In this document: positions 1 to 9,920 of the stretch, one piece after another
Layout: the number at the start of each line of letters is the position of its first letter
Position numbering within the stretch: position 1 is the first letter of the stretch
Assembly (NCBI GenBank): GCA_964357975.1
Contig: CAYHNG010000005.1
Location: 1,031-65,030 of the forward strand
Length of the DNA: 64,000 nt
Direction of reading: 5' to 3'
Source of the DNA: an uncultured Pseudomonadales bacterium
GTDB lineage: Bacteria > Patescibacteriota > Microgenomatia > UBA1400 > MFAQ01
The notes under the pieces: generated by a model
Told to the model about the DNA's origin: nothing
What the model saw: only the letters and a program-made list of their open reading frames with translations
Database searches by the model: none
Translations under genes and position numbers: made by a program

Positions 1-624
1 TTTGATTTTTTTTAAATCCATTTCGGTGTGGATTGACTCGCCGCCCATTAGTGACTGTGTTTCTTTACCGCCAATAAGACAAGGAGCAAGAACTATAGAA
101 ACCTCATCGATAAAGCCATTTCTGAGTAACTCGGCATTTAGTTGTCCACCGGATTGTATGGTAACTCTTTCGGCAAGATAATTGTGTTTCAGCCGCCGAA
201 ATAGATCGGCAAAATCAATTTTGTTTTCGTAGTCAAGGATTTGGAGGTTTGATAGCGAATCCTTTAATCCGTATGCAGGATGGTTTTTGTTGGTGGTCAC
301 CAGGTAGAGAGTTTTTACCCATTGGGATAGATAATGAACACCGGACTCGGTCAAGTGCGGTCTGTTGTCAATAATGATAAAACTGCACCCCATTTTTATT
401 GGTTGAGTTGTACGTAGATTGACTCCAATCTTCGCCATAACCTTGCCGCTGTTTAAGGAAAAAGGATCAGTGGTTTTCTCGATATCATAATACTGTGACA
501 ATCCTTCTTTGACCCCATGAATTCGCTTGAAATCCAAGTCTACGTCCAGGAAGTCGGTGTCGCCGGTAGAGATTTTGCCGTCAAGTGATTGGATTAGAAA
601 CAAGGTGTTATAAGTTCGATCCAT
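1..624 (-). CDS. RibD C-terminal domain / dihydrofolate reductase-like protein (3' end runs off window start)
   Basis: Minus-strand ORF starting ATG at 624 (MDRTYNTLFLIQSLDGKISTGDTDFLDVD...). Resembles the RibD_C/DHFR-like reductase fold. Absent from the ORF track because it has no stop within the window. Confidence 0.55.
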   Translation of the reverse strand, partial: MDRTYNTLFLIQSLDGKISTGDTDFLDVDLDFKRIHGVKEGLSQYYDIEKTTDPFSLNSGKVMAKIGVNLRTTQPIKMGCSFIIIDNRPHLTESGVHYLSQWVKTLYLVTTNKNHPAYGLKDSLSNLQILDYENKIDFADLFRRLKHNYLAERVTIQSGGQLNAELLRNGFIDEVSIVLAPCLIGGKETQSLMGGESIHTEMDLKKIK

Positions 625-709
625 ATTTTAAGTATAAGGCCTGACCAAGTAGTTATGAGGCGGCTTGTTATTGGTTGAATGCTGTTTCGGTATATGTTAG
701 GGTTATTGT

Positions 710-1678
710 ATGGTATTAAAGAAAGTTAGAGAGATATTTGTCACTTCTCTTGCACCCTTCGATTTTGATTCAACATTCCATAAGCCGGATCACTTTACCA
801 GTGGTGATAATCTGTGGGAACCGGGGATCAGATGGCAAACGTGGAACCAGGAAGGAAGAAGTCTGGGGTTGAAGATCGTGAACATGGGAGAGGTGGATAA
901 TCCCCGACTGCAAATTATCATCTACGCCGATTTTGTACCAAGTGATGAATATCTGTCGACCTTGATAAAAGAGATCGAGTTTAGATATAACCTACAGCTC
1001 GATTTGTCGGAGTTCTATACCGCATTTGAAAAAGATACAACGCTCTCCCCTATCATGCAAAAATGGCGGGGAATGAGGCCCGGACACCCCAGCTCTTTAT
1101 ACGAATATCTAATTATTGGAATTGTTTTGCAGAATGCAACCGTGAGAAGGTCGATGCAAATGTTTAAAGCTTTAATTGAAAAATATGGGAGGCGAATATC
1201 TTTTGACGGTATGGAACTTTTTTGTTTCTGGAGTCCAGGAGATTTGAAAAGTGTCAGCGTTGAAGATCTGATGGGCCTAAAAGTCGGATATAGGGCAAAA
1301 TCTATCAAGATGATAGATGAGCAGTTTGCGGCAGGATTAATTGAAGAAAATGATCTAAGGAACAAGCCTTTAGAAACGCAAAGATTGGAACTGCTAAAAC
1401 TTTACGGCGTGGGTCCGGCAACAGTTTGGTATTTACTTTTTGATGTATTTCATCATTTAGATTTCTTCAATCATATTTCTCCGTGGGAACAGAAAATATA
1501 TTCAAAAATATTCTTTGACGCCGACCCAGAAAAGCCCATATCGGTTGAGCGACTTCTAGAATATTTTGAAAAATATGGGAAGTTTAAACAACTAGCCGTC
1601 CACTACATCTGGGAGGATTTGTGGTGGAAAAGGAAGAATGAAAATATACCATGGTTGGAGAAATTGATTAGGGTGTAG
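710..1678 (+). CDS. DNA-3-methyladenine glycosylase II-like (AlkA / HhH-GPD family)
   Basis: Helix-hairpin-helix motif LYGVGPATVWYLLF followed by a catalytic Asp region. N-terminal AlkA_N-like domain. 322 aa. Confidence 0.6.
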   Translation: MVLKKVREIFVTSLAPFDFDSTFHKPDHFTSGDNLWEPGIRWQTWNQEGRSLGLKIVNMGEVDNPRLQIIIYADFVPSDEYLSTLIKEIEFRYNLQLDLSEFYTAFEKDTTLSPIMQKWRGMRPGHPSSLYEYLIIGIVLQNATVRRSMQMFKALIEKYGRRISFDGMELFCFWSPGDLKSVSVEDLMGLKVGYRAKSIKMIDEQFAAGLIEENDLRNKPLETQRLELLKLYGVGPATVWYLLFDVFHHLDFFNHISPWEQKIYSKIFFDADPEKPISVERLLEYFEKYGKFKQLAVHYIWEDLWWKRKNENIPWLEKLIRV

Positions 1679-1682
1679 CTAG

Positions 1683-1988
1683 CTAATGTATGATTCCGGA
1701 AAAAAGTATCACCAGGATTAAAAGAGTGATGCCGCCAAAAACGGCTATGGTTTGCAGGAAAAGATTGACGGCTTGTTTCTTCTTGCCATCCAGAAACAGC
1801 TGTAATGGTTGCAGGCAGAACAGATAAGCCATAACAGCGGCGGAAAGAGTAAAAACAGAAATAACGGCAACTGGCGCAAGGAATGAGTCTGGCTGGTCCG
1901 CCATTTTACCAGCGAAAGTCATGACCCAAACGACGAGAAAAATGTATAGACTGGCAAGGATTCCGTTCAGAAAAGGATTTTTGCTCAT
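1683..1988 (-). CDS. small integral membrane protein (hypothetical)
   Basis: Three hydrophobic helices. Internal ATG at 1988 was chosen because the longer ORF to 2075 overlaps the 3' end of the EamA gene. Confidence 0.4.
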   Translation of the reverse strand: MSKNPFLNGILASLYIFLVVWVMTFAGKMADQPDSFLAPVAVISVFTLSAAVMAYLFCLQPLQLFLDGKKKQAVNLFLQTIAVFGGITLLILVILFSGIIH

Positions 1989-2046
1989 GAGAAAATTATA
2001 CTCTTGGTCCGAAAAACCTGTCTGATGGCGACAGGGGTTCTGGGGT

Positions 2047-2907
2047 TTAGGATGCGATTGAGAGTGAAAGCACACCTACAAGAGTGATGACAATACCCAA
2101 TATTTGTTGTTTGGTTAGTCTATCTTTAAAGACAAAATAAGCTAAGATTGCAAAAAGAGCCGGATAGGAGCTGGATATTGGAGAAACGACAGAGCTTTGA
2201 CCAATAGTCAGAGCGTAATTGACGGAAAAGAGGGCGATTGTAAGTAAGACGGCGTTGGTCAACATAAACAATTGATTTGTCCTCCCCTTTGGGAATACTA
2301 GTTTTATTGATCTTATTTTCATAAAAATCAACACTAAAGGGAATCCCCAATACGACAGGTAAGTTGGCCAGAACCATCCGATATTTTGGAGAGGTATTTT
2401 GACAAAGGTGTAATATATTCCCCACGCGAGTAGGGACGCTAGAGCGAAAGGAATTCCTTTATCCGATAAAATTTGCCTTGAGTTAAGACTTCTAAGGTTG
2501 AGTGAAGAAATAACAAGTCCTAGTATTATGGCCAAGATTGATATAACTTGGGCGACATTTAATTTTTCTCCAAGAAATATGACAGAAAGGATGGCCACTA
2601 ACCCTCCGAAGGCACTGGCTATAGTACCAACCAGTGAAGGGTTCCCGACTTTAAACCCTTCGTACAAAGAAATTAGCGGAGTGATGCCGATAGGAGTAAG
2701 AATCAACAACCAGATGATGGTGGTGGGAGTAATACTACTGAGTTCGTGCCAGGCAAACGGAATGTAAAATGAAGTCAGAATGATACTGATAATGTATGAC
2801 AATATGGCCGATGAGTAGCCTCCTATTTTACGGGCAACCAGACCGCCAAAAATGTCGGCAGTTGCCCATCCAATGGCGGTAATAATGGCGAAGATGATTG
2901 GTGTCAT
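2047..2907 (-). CDS. EamA/DMT family transporter
   Basis: About 10 predicted TM helices with two EamA-like halves. 286 aa. Confidence 0.7.
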   Translation of the reverse strand: MTPIIFAIITAIGWATADIFGGLVARKIGGYSSAILSYIISIILTSFYIPFAWHELSSITPTTIIWLLILTPIGITPLISLYEGFKVGNPSLVGTIASAFGGLVAILSVIFLGEKLNVAQVISILAIILGLVISSLNLRSLNSRQILSDKGIPFALASLLAWGIYYTFVKIPLQNIGWFWPTYLSYWGFPLVLIFMKIRSIKLVFPKGRTNQLFMLTNAVLLTIALFSVNYALTIGQSSVVSPISSSYPALFAILAYFVFKDRLTKQQILGIVITLVGVLSLSIAS

Positions 2908-2937
2908 TTGTTTATTGTAGCGATGTAAAATAGTTTA

Positions 2938-4116
2938 GTGAGGAGAAATATTAGCTTGGCATATTTTCTGTCGTTTGCCTTTCATGGGTGGTTTTGGCTG
3001 GGGAACTGGATATTTTATTATCTAAGCTTTGGCAATTATATGACGGTGGCATTGTTGGATTCGGGAGCCGTGATGACAGAATTAATTTTTGAAATCCCTA
3101 CCGGAGCCTTAACTGATTTGATAGGCAAAAAGAAAACCTTAATGCTCGCCTTTTTATTACAAGGGATTGGGTGTTTATTGATGGGGATCTCGAGTAGTTT
3201 CTGGATGCTGGCTCTTTCTCTCTGGGTTTTTGTTTGTATAGGCGGTGCTTTCTATTCCGGAACAATGGAAGCGTTGGTTTATGACAGTCTAAAAAGTGTC
3301 GGAGAGGAACATTTATACGAGAAAAAGATTGGCGTAGTTGGGGCAACTAGGCTGTGGTCTATGGCAATTTGTGGAATCATTGGCGGTCTTTTGTATTATA
3401 TTTCGCCGGGACTTCCATACATACTGAATGGGGTTTTTTGTCTAATTGGTTTCGCAGTTTGCGCGTGGATAGTTGAGCCGGTAGTAGACACAGAAAAATA
3501 TAAATTGAGTAGTTTTTTTGTACAAAATTCTTTGGGTATTAAAACTTTGTTTAAGAGTAATTATATGAAGAAAATATCATTATATTTGGTGGCAACGGGA
3601 AGTCTTTCCATTGTTGTCTACAACTTGTTGGATGATCTTCTGGCGGTTGAATACGGCTTCTCACCTTTTGGAATTAGCATTCTGTTTTCCGTTGCATGTC
3701 TGGTGGCCGGATTTGCATCGATGTATGTCCCTCGTCTAAAAATAAAATTCGATGAGAGAATGATGCTGATTGTTTCGATGGTGGTAATGGCTTTTGTTTT
3801 GATACTTTCCCCTTTAATTGGCATGGTATTATCAGGAGTTTTACTGATGGTTAGGGTAATACTGGAAGTACTCTATGACAATGCAAGTTCGACGATAATT
3901 AATAGGAATACAGATTCAAGTGTTAGTGCTACCACCCTGTCATCTCTAAGTTTGCTTAGAAGTCTTCCCTATGCTATTGGTGGCTCGTTTATCGGTGGCG
4001 CAGTTCAGTTTGTGGGAGGGGCAAAGAACTTTTCGATGTGGTTTGGGTTGGCGCTGATGATCATTACGGTAGTATTGGGGGCGAGAATAGAAAGAGATAA
4101 GAAAATCCCCTCTTAG
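2938..4116 (+). CDS. MFS transporter
   Basis: 12-TM profile. MFS-like loop motif ...PTGALTDLIGKKK... between TM2 and TM3. Confidence 0.7.
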   Translation: MRRNISLAYFLSFAFHGWFWLGNWIFYYLSFGNYMTVALLDSGAVMTELIFEIPTGALTDLIGKKKTLMLAFLLQGIGCLLMGISSSFWMLALSLWVFVCIGGAFYSGTMEALVYDSLKSVGEEHLYEKKIGVVGATRLWSMAICGIIGGLLYYISPGLPYILNGVFCLIGFAVCAWIVEPVVDTEKYKLSSFFVQNSLGIKTLFKSNYMKKISLYLVATGSLSIVVYNLLDDLLAVEYGFSPFGISILFSVACLVAGFASMYVPRLKIKFDERMMLIVSMVVMAFVLILSPLIGMVLSGVLLMVRVILEVLYDNASSTIINRNTDSSVSATTLSSLSLLRSLPYAIGGSFIGGAVQFVGGAKNFSMWFGLALMIITVVLGARIERDKKIPS

Positions 4117-5087
4117 TTTGGCTTGCTGGTGAACATGTCGGCGATGATTTCTTCCAGGGGAACATGGATAATGTCTATATCGTCTATGGGTAATTTTTCC
4201 ATAATATCGGCAATGGTTTTTGATTGTCCGGACTTGGAGATCTCTATGGTATATGTGAGTGGTTTCCGGTCGACGATTTTGCCGAATTTTTCAATTACTT
4301 TTGACTCAACGGTTTCGGTCAACACTAAGGTAAGATATTTTTTGTCTTGGTAATTCCGAAGAAGCTTGGGCATAGAATCGTCAAAAACTATCTGACCGTG
4401 ATTGATGACGATAACCCGATCACTGACTTTTTCTACGTCATCCATATCGTGGCTGGTAAGCAGCAGGGTGATTTTTGAATCACGCTGGATATCTCTGAGA
4501 AAAGATCTGATTCTTTGTTTGGAGATAATATCGAGGCCGATGGTGGGCTCGTCCAGATAAAGAATTTCCGGATTGTGCAAAAGAGAAGCGACCAGCTCTA
4601 ACTTCATCCGTTCTCCGAGTGAAAGTTTACGTACTTGTTTATCTAAGAATTTTTCGACGTCGAGCATTTTGGTCAGACGACCAACCCTTTCCGGAAAGTC
4701 TTTATCGGGAATGCGGTAGATTTTCTTGGCTAACTCAAAGTTTTGGTTAGGAGTAAGGTCCCACGCCAAACCGGAGCGGTTCCCCATGACCAAACCGATT
4801 CGCTTCAGGTATTCGTTTTTTCTATCGAAAGGAAAGAACCCAAGTACGTCTATCCTACCGGAGGTGGGATAAAGAAGACCGGAGAGCATTTTCATGGTGG
4901 TAGTTTTTCCGGCTCCGTTTGGTCCTAAAAGGGCGACCGACTCTCCCCTATCGATACTAAACGAGATGTCATTAACGGCGGAGATAACTTTGTACTTTGG
5001 GAAAAAAGCATTCTTCCAAAAACTTTGTCTAATTTTTACCGAGTAATTTTTTTGGAGTCTATTGATCTTGATTATTGGATGGTTCAT
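4113..5087 (-). CDS. ABC transporter ATP-binding protein (ABC-2 type, COG4586-like)
   Basis: Walker A GPNGAGKTT, signature LSLGERMKL, Walker B LYLDEPTIGLD, H-loop. Overlaps the downstream permease gene. Confidence 0.85.
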   Translation of the reverse strand: MNHPIIKINRLQKNYSVKIRQSFWKNAFFPKYKVISAVNDISFSIDRGESVALLGPNGAGKTTTMKMLSGLLYPTSGRIDVLGFFPFDRKNEYLKRIGLVMGNRSGLAWDLTPNQNFELAKKIYRIPDKDFPERVGRLTKMLDVEKFLDKQVRKLSLGERMKLELVASLLHNPEILYLDEPTIGLDIISKQRIRSFLRDIQRDSKITLLLTSHDMDDVEKVSDRVIVINHGQIVFDDSMPKLLRNYQDKKYLTLVLTETVESKVIEKFGKIVDRKPLTYTIEISKSGQSKTIADIMEKLPIDDIDIIHVPLEEIIADMFTSKPN

Positions 5088-5911
5088 GATGAGGCTGAAG
5101 TGTAGTTTTTAATGGCAATTTTCCAGGCGATTCTCCTGACACTTACAGCGATTAGAGCTATTATAAATGCACAGAGAAAGAGAAAGCGAGGATTTGTTTT
5201 TCCCAGTATGGCTGAGGTGGTAAAGGCGGTGGAGATAAGGACCGGAATAATGGTACCTAGTACAAATTGAAGTGGTCGGCTAAAACCCTCGAGAGGGATC
5301 ATGCTGCCGGAACCCGCTCCAATAAATCCCGCTAGGTCAATAATATTTTCACTTTCCCCTAACCAAAATACAGGTAGGGCCGCCAAAAATTCGAAGACGT
5401 GTAAGGAGATAGATCCAAAGATAAAAATGAAGACACCGTAGATAAGACTGGTGTAGTTTGTGGAGAGTGCCGACCAATTGATCGAGAAAACTATGGCAAG
5501 AGTGGGAGGAAAAGCGTCGACAAAGAAACGAAATCCGCCGATGTTTCTGGTGGTGAGGTAGAAAAGTGCCGGGACGGGCTTGGTGAGAATCATGTCAAGA
5601 TTACCTCTGTTGACGTCAATGGTGAGTTCGTGAATATTAATCATGGACAGGTACCAATTGGTGTAATAGGTGAGCTGGGCAACGAAGAAATAGAGAAGCA
5701 TATCATTGTGTGAATACCCCGCAATCTGTTTTGTGTTTCCGAAAATGATATTGACAAAAAGAAGCATGGAAAGAGTGTAGGCAGTAGTGGAGATCACTCC
5801 GGCCCAGTTGTTTCCTGCATAGGCCACCTCTTTGCGAAAAGCAAACTGGCAACTGGCTTTCAAAATTTCGAACCGCTGTTTGATGATGTTTCTATATTCC
5901 GATAGCTTCAT
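5084..5911 (-). CDS. ABC-2 family transporter permease
   Basis: 6-TM hydrophobic profile. Start/stop overlaps with the flanking ATPase and second permease suggest translational coupling. Three-gene ATPase + two permeases architecture. Confidence 0.6.
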   Translation of the reverse strand: MKLSEYRNIIKQRFEILKASCQFAFRKEVAYAGNNWAGVISTTAYTLSMLLFVNIIFGNTKQIAGYSHNDMLLYFFVAQLTYYTNWYLSMINIHELTIDVNRGNLDMILTKPVPALFYLTTRNIGGFRFFVDAFPPTLAIVFSINWSALSTNYTSLIYGVFIFIFGSISLHVFEFLAALPVFWLGESENIIDLAGFIGAGSGSMIPLEGFSRPLQFVLGTIIPVLISTAFTTSAILGKTNPRFLFLCAFIIALIAVSVRRIAWKIAIKNYTSASS

Positions 5912-6674
5912 ATTTTTTCATTGAATGATTCCACAGGGAAAAGGCCAATAAATTTAAAGTTATGCCCCAGAAAATGCCGATAGCAAAATCCAGGCCCACT
6001 CCATTTAGGGCCAGAGTGCTACTGAGTGAGTTGGCCGGTAGATAGACCATTCCGGGAAAGGGAGAGAAACGGAGAATTTCTTTGAGTGGTGAGGGGAACA
6101 TGTAAAGAGGGACCATGGTACCGGTAAAGATACGGATGAAGTTTTGAATTGAGTTTCTAATTCCGAAAGCGTCGGTAAAGTGTAAGAAAAGCGTTCCTTC
6201 AAGAATGTTGTAAGCAAAAGAGATGGCCCAAGAGTTGACTAGAAATAACAGAAAAATCAAGAGTGACACGGGAGTCTTTGGGGGCATGAGAGAGAGACCA
6301 ATAATAATGTTGATAAGAGCAAGAATCAATCTCATGCCGTTTCTGCCAAGAGAAATAGCATAGAGCGTAGGAATCAACTTTGTGGGTTTAATAATATAGT
6401 TGCTGATCTGGCCTGACTTGATTTGATTACCAATCAGACTGCTCAAGGCACCCCAGCGGGACATAGTAAGATCGGCTACACCCATAGCGATCAAAAAATA
6501 GGCGGTAATTTGAGAGAGAGAAACGGAGATTCCGGAACTCTTGATATAAATGGACCAGAAAAGAACGAGAAAAACTATTTCCACGATTCTTTTGAGGACA
6601 GTGGCGATTATTTCAAAAGGATAGGCAAAGAAGCGCAAAAAACTAAACCTGATGATATCAAAATAGACGGTCAC
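5892..6674 (-). CDS. ABC-2 family transporter permease (second subunit)
   Basis: Multi-TM protein. Overlaps the preceding permease by 20 nt. Same operon. Confidence 0.6.
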   Translation of the reverse strand: MTVYFDIIRFSFLRFFAYPFEIIATVLKRIVEIVFLVLFWSIYIKSSGISVSLSQITAYFLIAMGVADLTMSRWGALSSLIGNQIKSGQISNYIIKPTKLIPTLYAISLGRNGMRLILALINIIIGLSLMPPKTPVSLLIFLLFLVNSWAISFAYNILEGTLFLHFTDAFGIRNSIQNFIRIFTGTMVPLYMFPSPLKEILRFSPFPGMVYLPANSLSSTLALNGVGLDFAIGIFWGITLNLLAFSLWNHSMKKYEAIGI

Positions 6675-6697
6675 TAAAAGATGTTATCACAGCCGTC

Positions 6698-6985
6698 TCA
6701 GCACATGTCGACCATCATGGGGAGAATCTCGATGCAGGGAGTGCCCCAGCTGTGGTTTTTGAGGATGAATTCGTGAATCTTGGGAATAAATTGTTTAGTA
6801 GTTTTTAGACTTAGGAGAACAATGTCCGATCCTTGAACGCCGTCTTCAATATACATCAGATGTACGCCTTCTTGGATTTTGGCGGTGCCACAAAGTTCTT
6901 GTTTGAGCATTTCAGTGCAAAGTCTAATCCCCTCTTCTTTTGATGGGCAGGGAATGTTGATGATGATTGGATCTAGTTCGGTCAT
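6698..6985 (-). CDS. cutA: divalent-cation tolerance protein CutA-like
   Basis: 95 aa. Pattern matches the CutA1 family: PSKEEG..L...ML...L..C..I......Y...G, then LKTT and the C-terminal H..W(YE)xP motif. Confidence 0.5.
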   Translation of the reverse strand: MTELDPIIINIPCPSKEEGIRLCTEMLKQELCGTAKIQEGVHLMYIEDGVQGSDIVLLSLKTTKQFIPKIHEFILKNHSWGTPCIEILPMMVDMC

Positions 6986-7053
6986 AAAACTATTTTAACC
7001 AAAATGACAGTTTAATGGTAGTGGTAAATGAGCTGGTTTGATATACTTGCGGG

Positions 7054-7908
7054 ATGAGTATTTATCGAATGGAGAGGCTGTCTCCTCTTGACCTTCAAGA
7101 AACATATTACCGTGAGACCGGAGTTCAGCGGTATACCTTGTCGGATGGAACAAAGATCGTTGGGGTATCAGCGAACACCTGGAGAGATTTCCGGACAATG
7201 ATCGAGAAAGTGTCACCTGAAGCCCCCATTGTGGTAGGTCCGGAACTGATTGCCTGTGCAGGGGACGATTTCGGCGAGCTGGTACAAAATCGTAACCTGA
7301 TCAACGAACGGTTGGAGGATCTCGTAGAGTATTCAACCAAGAGAGCCAAAACAACATTTGTCATCGGCACTCCCCTCTTCGTAGATTCCTACAGGCCGAG
7401 AAATAGTGCCCTACTGATTAAAAATGGAGAAATTGTGGACGTAACAAACAAAAGATCCGGTTCGTCCAGAGAAGAGAACAGATGTTTTGAGTTGGTGGCT
7501 GAAGAAGCCCCCCTGTTTCTGCCCGGAACCAAGACGGCGATCTTGATTTGCGCGGATCTCCCGACGGCGACGCTGTTTACCTGTCAGAAGGATGGGTCAT
7601 TTAACCGAACTTTGGAGCTGTCAAATAGACAGCATTTGATAGGGAAAAAAGTCCAATTCATTCCCCTATCGGCGACCAGTCTTTTGGTAATTGCCTGTTG
7701 GGGAACGGGAGGTTCTTGGGTACAAGAAGGGAAAGCCGATGAGTATTACAGATTGCAGCTGAGGAATATTGTGTGGAGATTGATGGAAGCGACAAATATA
7801 AAAGAAGTGGTGGTAGTTGACCGGGTAGCTCAGAATCTTAGCGAAGAATTAAAAAAAATTACTCCCAAAAAGCCATACAACGGAATAATAAAATACCCTC
7901 TCGAGTGA
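7054..7908 (+). CDS. carbon-nitrogen hydrolase (nitrilase superfamily)-like protein
   Basis: Candidate Glu-Lys-Cys triad in the expected order: VVGPEL, then K in STKRAKTTFVIGT, then ILICADL. 284 aa. Assignment is tentative. Confidence 0.4.
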   Translation: MSIYRMERLSPLDLQETYYRETGVQRYTLSDGTKIVGVSANTWRDFRTMIEKVSPEAPIVVGPELIACAGDDFGELVQNRNLINERLEDLVEYSTKRAKTTFVIGTPLFVDSYRPRNSALLIKNGEIVDVTNKRSGSSREENRCFELVAEEAPLFLPGTKTAILICADLPTATLFTCQKDGSFNRTLELSNRQHLIGKKVQFIPLSATSLLVIACWGTGGSWVQEGKADEYYRLQLRNIVWRLMEATNIKEVVVVDRVAQNLSEELKKITPKKPYNGIIKYPLE

Positions 7909-7950
7909 GAGGGTTGGGTGGTGATCCCTTTTTCGTTGTTTCCGGCTTGG

Positions 7951-8436
7951 TCAAGGTTTTGACCGGGAGTCGACCCTAAGGATTGTCCGCCGGCTGAGAG
8001 AAATATTGGAATCTCTGAGTTCTTGATGGCGTAAGGCCAAAGCTTCTTTTTCGAGACCAGCCATGTTGTCGGCCGTACAAATTGCTTGAACGGTCTCGGC
8101 CGAGTTAGAGATGGCCGTTTCCAGCCATTTTTTGGAAATTTGATTCGGTAAAAACCTGTTTTTTGATCGGACCAGCCCACTACCGCTAACGGTGACTTTT
8201 TTGTTGACGGTGTGGTTGATGAAGCCGTGCACCGTAAAGGTGATGAATTTTGGAAAACGAGGTCCGTGTCCGGTATCCATAAGTACAACAACCATACCTT
8301 GTCCAACTTCGGTGTCGATTTTTATTTCCATGCCTTGATAGTCTTCGGCAAACCCATACTTCAAGCCGAGTTTTTTGGCGGCTTTACCAATAGCATTAGA
8401 ACACAATTTAATTCGTCGGTCATACTCTATGTTCAT
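7951..8436 (-). CDS. hypothetical protein
   Basis: 161-aa ORF, convergent with the 7054 gene. No family recognised. Confidence 0.4.
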   Translation of the reverse strand: MNIEYDRRIKLCSNAIGKAAKKLGLKYGFAEDYQGMEIKIDTEVGQGMVVVLMDTGHGPRFPKFITFTVHGFINHTVNKKVTVSGSGLVRSKNRFLPNQISKKWLETAISNSAETVQAICTADNMAGLEKEALALRHQELRDSNISLSRRTILRVDSRSKP

Positions 8437-8527
8437 AACACGACTCTCCTTCTGTAAAAGTTCTGGGCTATTATATCAGGAAGGTATTGGATCATTCATG
8501 TCGCACAATAATTTGGTATGATGAATT

Positions 8528-9475
8528 GTGGCTAAAAAGGAAGTAAACGATTTGGGGCTTAGAGTGTTGATAAGAAGATATTTAAGCTTTATTGAAGTAG
8601 AAAAAAATTATTCCAAATTTACGATTCGCAACTACTCTCACTATCTTGGGATGTTTCGCAAATGGTTTGAGAAACATTATGAACAGGAATATATTGAAAA
8701 GCTGACGAGCGAAATGGTCCGGAAGTACCGCTTGTTCTTAGCTAGATATGAGACAAAGGAAGGTAAACGGCTCTCTCCCACTACTCAAAGCTACTATGTG
8801 ATTGCGCTGAGAGCCTTTTTGAAATATTGTGCCAAAAGAGGCGTCAAGACTTTGTCGGCCGAGAAGGTAGATTTACCCAAACCGGGTGAGCATCAAATAA
8901 AGTTTTTGGATAGAGAGCAGGTGGAAAGACTGCTCATGGCTCCAGACACGTCGAACATTAGCGGGCTAAGAGATCGGACCATTTTAGAAGTACTGTTTAG
9001 TACCGGTTTGCGGGTTTCGGAACTAGCTAAATTGGATATCGACAAAATAGATTTAAAGGAAAGAGAGTTTGGGATCTTGGGTAAGGGAAGAAGAATGAGG
9101 TTGGTGTTTTTGTCGGAACGCGCGACGCAGTGGTTGGGTAGATATCTATCTGCCAGGACAGACCCATTCAGAGCTCTGTGGGTGCGCATTCCTAAAGGTG
9201 GTGACTGGGATCCGAGTATGGGTAACGAAAAAGCCAGACTGTCGATTCGAGGAATTCAGAGAATTGTGGAAAAATATCGAAGGTTGGCCGGACTGCCGAT
9301 AAAAGTTAGTCCGCACGTTTTGCGGCATAGTTTTGCTACTACCCTTCTTCAACAAGGCGCAGACCTGCGTAGTGTGCAAGAAATGTTGGGTCACAAAAAC
9401 GTGGCCACGACCCAGATATACACTCACGTCACTAACCCCCAACTCAAACAGATCCACGACAAATTTTTGAAATAA
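8528..9475 (+). CDS. tyrosine recombinase XerC/XerD-like (site-specific integrase)
   Basis: C-terminal catalytic region HVLRHSFATTLLQQGADLRSVQEMLGHKNVATTQIYTHV (R..H..R..Y motifs). N-terminal SAM-like core-binding domain. GTG start. Confidence 0.85.
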   Translation: MAKKEVNDLGLRVLIRRYLSFIEVEKNYSKFTIRNYSHYLGMFRKWFEKHYEQEYIEKLTSEMVRKYRLFLARYETKEGKRLSPTTQSYYVIALRAFLKYCAKRGVKTLSAEKVDLPKPGEHQIKFLDREQVERLLMAPDTSNISGLRDRTILEVLFSTGLRVSELAKLDIDKIDLKEREFGILGKGRRMRLVFLSERATQWLGRYLSARTDPFRALWVRIPKGGDWDPSMGNEKARLSIRGIQRIVEKYRRLAGLPIKVSPHVLRHSFATTLLQQGADLRSVQEMLGHKNVATTQIYTHVTNPQLKQIHDKFLK

Positions 9476-9503
9476 AAAATCCACCCGTGTGGGTGGATTT
9501 GTT
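9474..9503. terminator. bidirectional intrinsic terminator between xer gene and convergent membrane-protein gene
   Basis: A-run, then hairpin ATCCACCC-gtgt-GGGTGGAT, then T-run. Confidence 0.5.
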
Positions 9504-9509
9504 GAGTGA

Positions 9510-9920
9510 CTAACCGATGAAACCAGGTTTAGAATCGGGAGTTATACAATAGTGCCAGAATAGAGTAACCAAAGTGGCGATAATTATGGTGGTGTAAACC
9601 GGTATAGTTCTCATGCCAGCAGCAAGTATCGTTTCTGCCGCGATACCGATGAGACCATGTGTAAAGACGAGACCTGTGACGTAGATGCTCAGCAGAGTGG
9701 CCAGTCCGACAATAACCACCCAGCGCCGAAGCAAGAGCAAATCGATGGGTCCCCATTTTCTGGCATGGGTCAACATAACTGTTGCACATAGAATAGCAAA
9801 AAAGAAAGTGGCTGTGCCGTAAAAGAACTGCCCCGCGATGTTGATACCTAGCAGAAGACAAAATACAAAACAGAAGAAATCTATTAAATAATCATCCCAT
9901 TTTTTCAAGGAAGCCTCCAA
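9510..9920 (-). CDS. hypothetical membrane protein
   Basis: 136 aa with four hydrophobic segments. 3' overlap with pyrG. Confidence 0.45.
   Translation of the reverse strand: MEASLKKWDDYLIDFFCFVFCLLLGINIAGQFFYGTATFFFAILCATVMLTHARKWGPIDLLLLRRWVVIVGLATLLSIYVTGLVFTHGLIGIAAETILAAGMRTIPVYTTIIIATLVTLFWHYCITPDSKPGFIG

Noticed and set aside
7909-7965. Hairpin GGTCAAGG-TT-TTGACC between convergent genes 7054-7908 and 7951-8436 as a terminator
   Set aside because: The stem is perfect, but no U-run follows on either strand and it overlaps the 3' codons of the minus gene. It is left uncalled.
7830-8306. 158-aa alternative minus-strand frame overlapping 7951-8436
   Set aside because: It overlaps the 3' end of the convergent 7054-7908 gene and lacks a plausible start context. 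The 7951-8436 frame was chosen, itself with low confidence.
8528-9475. XerC/D-like recombinase as the integrase of an island in this window
   Set aside because: It has no adjacent att-like repeats or cargo, and it lies more than 40 kb from the tRNA 3'-end duplications. It is most simply the chromosomal dimer-resolution recombinase, although a link to the tRNA-associated remnants cannot be excluded without att-site analysis.
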